A program made the translations under genes and the position numbers. DNA of 33,470 bases from Polyangiales bacterium. GTDB lineage: Bacteria; Myxococcota_A; Polyangia; Polyangiales; Polyangiaceae. Position 1 is the first letter of the stretch, and each line of letters opens with the position of its first letter. Below, piece by piece: positions 28,527 to 33,470 of this stretch. A model generated the notes under the pieces. The model worked only from the letters and a program-made list of their open reading frames with translations. It did no database searches and was not told the DNA's origin. The stretch spans positions 1 to 33,470 of the forward strand of contig JBBRNJ010000088.1 in NCBI GenBank assembly GCA_038230375.1, written 5' to 3'.

Positions 28527-28831
28527 CACTCCGCGCCTTCGTTGATGACGCGCAGCGCAGCGCGCAGCCGCACGAGCGCAGCACCAAGCGCCGCCGCAGC
28601 GGTGAGCTCGAAGACGGCGTCCTCCGTGAGGCCGGATTTGCGGAGATCCGCGACGTCATCGTCGGTCACGCGAAACGCATGACGCCGAACCTTCTCGACG
28701 AACGCCGCCACGTTCGCGCTGTCAGGCTGCCCATCGGCGGCCGCCTTGCGTGCGCTTTTTGTGGTGTCGCCAGGGCCGTCGAGCACTGCTGCCTCGAGGG
28801 CAAGAACGAGACGGCCGAGGCGCGCAGACAT
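28526..28831 (-). CDS. Small AhpD/CMD-like helical protein without CxxC
   Basis: FVEKVRRHAFRVTDDDVADLRKSGLTEDAVFELTAAAALG resembles the C-terminal half of AhpD-like proteins; coupled by TGATG overlaps on both sides. Confidence 0.75.
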   Translation of the reverse strand: MSARLGRLVLALEAAVLDGPGDTTKSARKAAADGQPDSANVAAFVEKVRRHAFRVTDDDVADLRKSGLTEDAVFELTAAAALGAALVRLRAALRVINEGAE

Positions 28832-29976
28832 CAGCGCGGCGTGCGGAGCTTGACGCGATCCACCTTCGCGCCGTTCTTGTGCATGACGACGTTGTACGTG
28901 AAGCCCGTGCCCTGATCGCCGATGATCGCCGACCAGTGGAGGAAGAAGTGCCAGAGGCGGTACCAGCGCTCGCCGTAGGCCTTCACGACCTCATCGCGGT
29001 TCTTCACCCAGAGGTCGCGCCACGCGCGCAGCGTGCGGACGTAGTGCGTGCTCATGTTCTCGACGTCGGCGATCTCGAAGCCTGCGTCCTCTGCCGCGCG
29101 CAGCATGCCGGAGAGCGGGAGGCTCGCGTCAGCGCCGGGGAAGATGTAGCGGCTCATGAAGAGGCCCCAGATCAGGTCTTCCGGCTGGAGCTGGAACGCG
29201 CTGAGCGGGTTCTGCGGATTGTACAGGTTGCGGATACCCGTCCACTGCAGGACGAACAGGCCGTCGTCCTTCAGGAGGTCGTGGACCTTCGCGAAGTACG
29301 TGTCGAGGTTCTTGATGCCGACGTGCTCGACCATCTCCAGGCTGACGATCTTGTCGAACTGGCCGCCGACGTTGCGGTAGTCGCACACCTCGACCTTGGC
29401 GAGATCCGTCACGCCGTATTCCTTGATGCGCTGCGTGCCGAATGCGACCTGCTCTTCGGCAAGGCATACGCCGAGCGTCTTCGCCTTGCGCTCCTTCGCG
29501 GCGCGCGCCACGAACGTTCCCCAGCCGCAGCCGATGTCGAGCATGGTCTCGCCCGCCTGGAGCTTCAGCTTGTCGCAGCAGTGATCGATCTTGGCGTACT
29601 GCGCCTGCTCCAGGGTGGTGTGCTCGTTCTCGAACCAGGCGGCCGTGTAGACCATCGCCGGACCCAGGAACCACTCGAAGAAGTCGTTGCCGCGGTTGTA
29701 GTGCTCGCCGACGATCCGCTTGTCCTGCTTCTTGGAGTGAAGCATCACCTCGGGCAGGAAGTTCGTGACGCCCCACTTCAGGTGCGAGTCCGTGATTCGG
29801 AACGCCATCGTGTCATGACGGCTATCGAAGAACGGGTCCCACTTGTCCTGCGGGATGTCGATGCGCCCGTCGATGAAGGCCTCGTACACATCGGACATCG
29901 GGACCTTTTTGCCGGACCACGAGCGGTCGAGGTCGCTGTCGCGAAAGGTCACGAAGTCGTGGATCGTCTTCTTCAT
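28831..29976 (-). CDS. SAM-dependent lipid methyltransferase, cyclopropane-fatty-acyl-phospholipid synthase family (sphingolipid C9-methyltransferase-like)
   Basis: Motifs HYNRGNDFFEWFLGPAMVYT, MLDIGCGWG, DYR, DKIVSLEMVEHVG, YIFPG, HYVRTLRAW and RWYRLWHFFL. Confidence 0.92.
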   Translation of the reverse strand: MKKTIHDFVTFRDSDLDRSWSGKKVPMSDVYEAFIDGRIDIPQDKWDPFFDSRHDTMAFRITDSHLKWGVTNFLPEVMLHSKKQDKRIVGEHYNRGNDFFEWFLGPAMVYTAAWFENEHTTLEQAQYAKIDHCCDKLKLQAGETMLDIGCGWGTFVARAAKERKAKTLGVCLAEEQVAFGTQRIKEYGVTDLAKVEVCDYRNVGGQFDKIVSLEMVEHVGIKNLDTYFAKVHDLLKDDGLFVLQWTGIRNLYNPQNPLSAFQLQPEDLIWGLFMSRYIFPGADASLPLSGMLRAAEDAGFEIADVENMSTHYVRTLRAWRDLWVKNRDEVVKAYGERWYRLWHFFLHWSAIIGDQGTGFTYNVVMHKNGAKVDRVKLRTPR

Positions 29977-30101
29977 GCGCACGCGTGTATCATCAAAACC
30001 GACCGGGGCCCACCCTGGTAGCACCCAATGTCGCTCCTTGCAGTCCAAGCGGAAACCGTCCACGGCGGATTGTTCCTTGCCGATAGACTACACAATGCTA
30101 C

Positions 30102-31097
30102 ATGCGTCCCAACATGAAACTCGGCCACGCTCTGTTGCTCTCCGTCCTGCCCATTCTTGGTGTTGCTGGCTGTGCGGCCGAGACCGCCGCCCCGGACGAC
30201 GCAGAGGTCGCCGACGCGACCGAGGACCTCACGGCTGGCGGCAACTCGGGCTACTTCATGGTCACCCACCGCGACCTTCGCCGCTGCGTCTCCCCGCTGT
30301 GCGGTGGGGTCTTCGTGAAGCGCGTGAACCAGGCGAAGACCGCCTGCGCCGACGGCTCTCTCCAGGACGAGTGCTACGTCTCGGAGATCACCTACGCGGG
30401 CGCCGGCCTCTCCGCCCGCGAAGAGTCTGACCTTCACGCCGCGGTCGAGGGTGGCAAGGCCCTGATCAAGGCGCGGCTCTACAAGCACAAGTTCAACGGC
30501 GCAACGCTCGGCACGCTCAAGGCGACCGAGGGGTGGCTCGGCGCGACCGGGTCCGCGGCGACCGGGACGTTCTACCGTGGGGCCGACAACGGCATCCGTT
30601 GCATCAAGGCTCCGTGCCCCTCGACCACGGCCTATGGGTTGAACGGCGCGGACAGCCACAACGTGATCAGCGTGAACCTGTCGACCACGGCGACTCCCGC
30701 GGATCCGGACGTCCTTGCAAGCGCGGAGAACGCGCTCTTCACGAAGGAAGGGATCCTCTTCGCTGGCGGCATCGCCATCCCGAAGTGCCTCCCCACCGCC
30801 AACTGCGGTCCGTTCGCGACCGTCACCGAGTTCTACACGCGCGTCACGCACACCGAAGGCAGCTCGTGCGGCGGCCGCGGGATGGGAACCTGCGGAACGA
30901 GTCAGTTCTGCAACTGGACGGCCGGCGGCATCTGCGGCAGGGCCGACGCCGCGGGCTCCTGCGCGTACGCGCCCGACGTTTGCTACCAGCTCGTGGCGCC
31001 GGTCTGCGGCTGCGACGGCAAGACCTACGGCAACGAGTGCATGGCGCGCGCGGCGCAGACCTCGGTCTCCAGCACGGGTGCGTGCGCGCACCACTGA
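30102..31097 (+). CDS. Lipoprotein with DUF6748-like Cys modules and a C-terminal Kazal-type protease-inhibitor domain
   Basis: Lipobox VAGC; RDLRRCVSPLCGG and DNGIRCIKAPCPS modules; Kazal-like CYQLVAPVCGCDGKTYGNECMA...GAC. The start may instead be ATG 30114. Confidence 0.85.
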   Translation: MRPNMKLGHALLLSVLPILGVAGCAAETAAPDDAEVADATEDLTAGGNSGYFMVTHRDLRRCVSPLCGGVFVKRVNQAKTACADGSLQDECYVSEITYAGAGLSAREESDLHAAVEGGKALIKARLYKHKFNGATLGTLKATEGWLGATGSAATGTFYRGADNGIRCIKAPCPSTTAYGLNGADSHNVISVNLSTTATPADPDVLASAENALFTKEGILFAGGIAIPKCLPTANCGPFATVTEFYTRVTHTEGSSCGGRGMGTCGTSQFCNWTAGGICGRADAAGSCAYAPDVCYQLVAPVCGCDGKTYGNECMARAAQTSVSSTGACAHH

Positions 31098-31101
31098 GCG
31101 C

Positions 31102-31875
31102 TCATGTCGGCGCTCGCGTCGAGAGCTCCACGAGCCGCTCCACCGACTCCGCGATGGTGTGCTTGGACGTGTCGACCGTGTGATCGGCGCGCTTGTAGTG
31201 CGGCTCGCGCGCGGTCAGCAGTCTTCGCAGCTCCGTCATGGCCTGCGGGCGACCGGACATCGGCCGGAGATCGCCCTGCGCTTGGACGCGCGCATAGTGA
31301 TCCTCCGGCGTGGAGCGCAGCCAGATCGTCGTGGTCTGCTTGCGCAGGGTTGCCCAGCTCTTCTCGTGCATGACGAGCGAGCCGCCCGTCGCGATGACGC
31401 ATGGCTCCTTGCCACCGAGCACCTGCACGAGCGCCTCTGCCTCCATCTTCCGGAAGTAGGCGTCACCGTGGATGTCGAAGATGTTCTGAAGGCTCAGCGC
31501 GGCGCGCTCCTCGACCACGCGATCGAGCTCCACGAACACGACGCCGAGCCGCTGCGCTGCAGCCTTGCCGATGGTGCTCTTGCCGGCGCCGCGCAGACCC
31601 ACGAGCGCAACGCTTCGCGGAAGGATGCGCAGAGGCGCGCCGCCCTTCGTGCCTTGCTCCGCGTCCACCACCAGATGTGCGATGGTGGTGGACAGCGCCG
31701 CCGCCACCGCCGAGAGCTTGAGCAGGGAGATGTTTGCGCGGCCTGCCTCGAGGTCAGCGATAAACCTTGGGCTCAATCGTGCCGTTCTTGCGAGGGAAGC
31801 CTGGGTCAGGCCTCGAGCGGTCCTGAGCGACCGCACCACGTGTGCGAGGGAGCTGAGCAGCGGCGATGAAGGCAT
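31102..31875 (-). CDS. boxR: BzdR/BoxR-family transcriptional regulator (XRE HTH fused to a shikimate-kinase-like effector domain)
   Basis: N-terminal HTH LRTARGLTQASLARTARLSPRFIADLEAGRANISL; C-terminal ALVGLRGAGKST, IATGGS and RVQAQGDLRPM. Confidence 0.85.
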   Translation of the reverse strand: MPSSPLLSSLAHVVRSLRTARGLTQASLARTARLSPRFIADLEAGRANISLLKLSAVAAALSTTIAHLVVDAEQGTKGGAPLRILPRSVALVGLRGAGKSTIGKAAAQRLGVVFVELDRVVEERAALSLQNIFDIHGDAYFRKMEAEALVQVLGGKEPCVIATGGSLVMHEKSWATLRKQTTTIWLRSTPEDHYARVQAQGDLRPMSGRPQAMTELRRLLTAREPHYKRADHTVDTSKHTIAESVERLVELSTRAPT

Positions 31876-31933
31876 GGGGAAGGACCTATATAAGGGACCA
31901 CATGAGCACTGGCCACTATGGTATGGTCGGACC

Positions 31934-32380
31934 ATGACCGAGCGGCGCCGCACCTCTCGAGCCGAGAACCAGACGCCCACAAAGCGTCCACCTCCGATGA
32001 TGGAGAAGGAAGCACGTAGACGCACCTCACGTCCGCCGCCGAGCGGTATCGTCGAGAGCGGTCGGCATGCGACCCTGTCAGTCGCGATCGTGGCGCTCGG
32101 TGACATACCGACGTTGCTTGGCTCGCCAGCACCAGATGACGCGCCTCCGAGCCTCGCGCCGTTGCTCGCGGCGGTGAATGGTGACCTGACCGTCGCGGAG
32201 CTCGCCGACCGCGTGCGGATCGATCCGGAGCAAGCGCGCGCCATGATCGCGGAGCTCGTGGACCGCGGGGTCATCGCGCTCTCGCGCAAGCCGGTATCCG
32301 CGTCTGGCGTGGGCTCGGTTCGTTCCACTCCGCGCTCGCTCGACTACTGGCTCGCAGGCCTCAAGCCGCGCACCAACTAA
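31934..32380 (+). CDS. Hypothetical protein with a C-terminal winged-helix-like motif
   Basis: LLAAVNGDLTVAELADRVRIDPEQARAMIAELVDRGVI; ATG 31934 is preceded by TATGGT at a 6-nt spacing. Confidence 0.68.
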   Translation: MTERRRTSRAENQTPTKRPPPMMEKEARRRTSRPPPSGIVESGRHATLSVAIVALGDIPTLLGSPAPDDAPPSLAPLLAAVNGDLTVAELADRVRIDPEQARAMIAELVDRGVIALSRKPVSASGVGSVRSTPRSLDYWLAGLKPRTN

Positions 32381-32440
32381 CGCTGGCCATTCAGCTGGTC
32401 ACGCAGCTGGTCATTCAGAGTGCGCGTGGAGCGCGCGGAT

Positions 32441-33211
32441 TCAGAGTGCGCCAGCGGTCTCGCGCTGTGCTTCCTCGAGCATCTTCTGCGCGGAGACTGC
32501 CTCGTCATCGGCGCGGGGGGCCGCGGCGGTCTTCTTGACGGGCTGCTCGACGACGGGGCCGACGGGGGCGGCAGCGATGGTCGGCGGCGTGACGACGTTG
32601 CGGCGCGGCAACGTGACGACCGCGATGCGCGGCTCGGCGGTGCGCGGCTCGGCGGTGCGCGGCTCCGTCGTGATCGCGGGCGCGATGGTCTCTTCGCGCG
32701 GCGCGATCGGAGCGGAGACGGTGGGCTGCATGACGGGCATCATGGACGGCGCGACCTTCGCGGGCGCCGGCAGCACGTTCGTGATGGTCGCGCCGGCGGA
32801 GGCGTTGGACTGTCTGTTGCTGCCGAGCGAGGTCGTGAACGCGATGGCAAACAGGAAGACGGCAACGGCGACCGTGACGCAGGCCGCGGATGCGAGCGGA
32901 AGCCACGCGAGCACATCATGCTTGCGAGCGTTCGAGGGAGCGCGCTCGTGCGCAAGATCCATCGCCACAGGTGCCATCGACGGCATCGGCGACGGCACGC
33001 GCGCGGGCGGCTCGAAGGCCATGGGGGTGTCGGTCCACTGCTGGGGGGCGCTGAACGAGCCCTGCCCAAAGTCGGGGAGGCGCGAGCTGCCTTGCCACAT
33101 CAGCGTCGCCTGATCGTCCTCCTCGTAGCCGTCCACAGGCGCGCTGTCGGTGCCGCGATAGCTCGAGGGAGCAACCGGCGGAGGGGCGTAGGAGATGCGA
33201 CGACGCTGCAT
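32441..33211 (-). CDS. Hypothetical single-pass membrane protein with Pro/Ala-rich tail
   Basis: TM helix WLPLASAACVTVAVAVFLFAIAF, a 3x 15-nt (T.EPR) repeat and a helical C-terminus. Start at ATG 33211 is inferred. Confidence 0.68.
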   Translation of the reverse strand: MQRRRISYAPPPVAPSSYRGTDSAPVDGYEEDDQATLMWQGSSRLPDFGQGSFSAPQQWTDTPMAFEPPARVPSPMPSMAPVAMDLAHERAPSNARKHDVLAWLPLASAACVTVAVAVFLFAIAFTTSLGSNRQSNASAGATITNVLPAPAKVAPSMMPVMQPTVSAPIAPREETIAPAITTEPRTAEPRTAEPRIAVVTLPRRNVVTPPTIAAAPVGPVVEQPVKKTAAAPRADDEAVSAQKMLEEAQRETAGAL

Positions 33212-33276
33212 GGGTGACCCACAAGCGAGAACCTTGCCAGCATCTCCGCTCAACGATGTTCCGCCGTTACGACAAA

Positions 33277-33285
33277 ATTCTACCA
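33277..33285 (-). promoter_or_regulatory. Candidate extended -10 promoter element
   Basis: The minus strand reads TGGTAGAAT (TGn-TAnnnT) in an AT-richer patch about 65 nt upstream of ATG 33211. Confidence 0.35.
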
Positions 33286-33385
33286 GGGCGACACCACTCT
33301 GTGGGGGATCCCCGATCCATCAGCGACGATGTAGGCAAAGCCAAAATCGAACGCATTCGAGGGCTTGGGTCTCGCCACGGTCTCA

Positions 33386-33470
33386 GACGAGGTGGAGGTC
33401 CAGGTTGAGGTTGAGGTCGAAGTCGAAGTCGGAGTCGGAGTCGAAGTCGAAGTCGAATGTCGAGGTCGAA
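33386..33470. repeat. Degenerate tandem hexamer repeat (GTCGAA/GTCGGA/GTTGAG family) running off the window end
   Basis: About 14 units, with one extra T at 33458 breaking the 6-nt phase; same core as the repeat at 1764-1871. Confidence 0.92.

Noticed and set aside
31102..31620. Shikimate kinase aroK
   Set aside because: The domain is fused to an XRE HTH and carries the GLRGAGKST signature of BzdR/BoxR regulators.
1..33470. Genome-wide reassignment of TAG or TGA as an explanation for the internal stops
   Set aside because: TAG ends several genes at natural C-termini (5643-5645, 5647-5649, 12015-12017, 27920-27922). TGA terminates many genes, including coupled ATGA/TGATG overlaps. The three lesions are also of three different kinds.

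Overview
GC-rich, gene-dense bacterial chromosome segment with about 25 genes. Its content points to a myxobacterium, probably Polyangiaceae/Labilithrix-like (inference): lipoproteins with DGG/DAG linkers, a Hanks-type kinase fold, RCC1, Kazal and MopE-type Cys-rich proteins, and sigma54-type promoters. No rRNA, tRNA, CRISPR or mobile element was seen. From left to right it holds a pseudokinase beside a coupled beta-barrel-like protein / ECF sigma / anti-sigma operon, two propeller lipoproteins, a ~2070-aa alpha-2-macroglobulin and an SGNH hydrolase. These are followed by a LytS/LytTR pair with a POT-like MFS, a metallophosphoesterase, an ArsB-family permease, and dispersed benzoyl-CoA (box) pathway genes (boxD-like, boxR-like). 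A coupled operon encodes a CFA-family methyltransferase resembling fungal sphingolipid C9-methyltransferases plus two AhpD/CMD proteins. Three otherwise intact genes each carry a single lesion: an in-frame TGA at 32-34, a 1-nt frameshift at 1559-1562 and an in-frame TAG at 9364-9366. These are either sequencing errors, very recent pseudogenisation or recoding. A GTCGRN hexamer repeat occurs both inside a CDS and at the right edge of the window. All family assignments come from motif recognition by eye, not from database searches.
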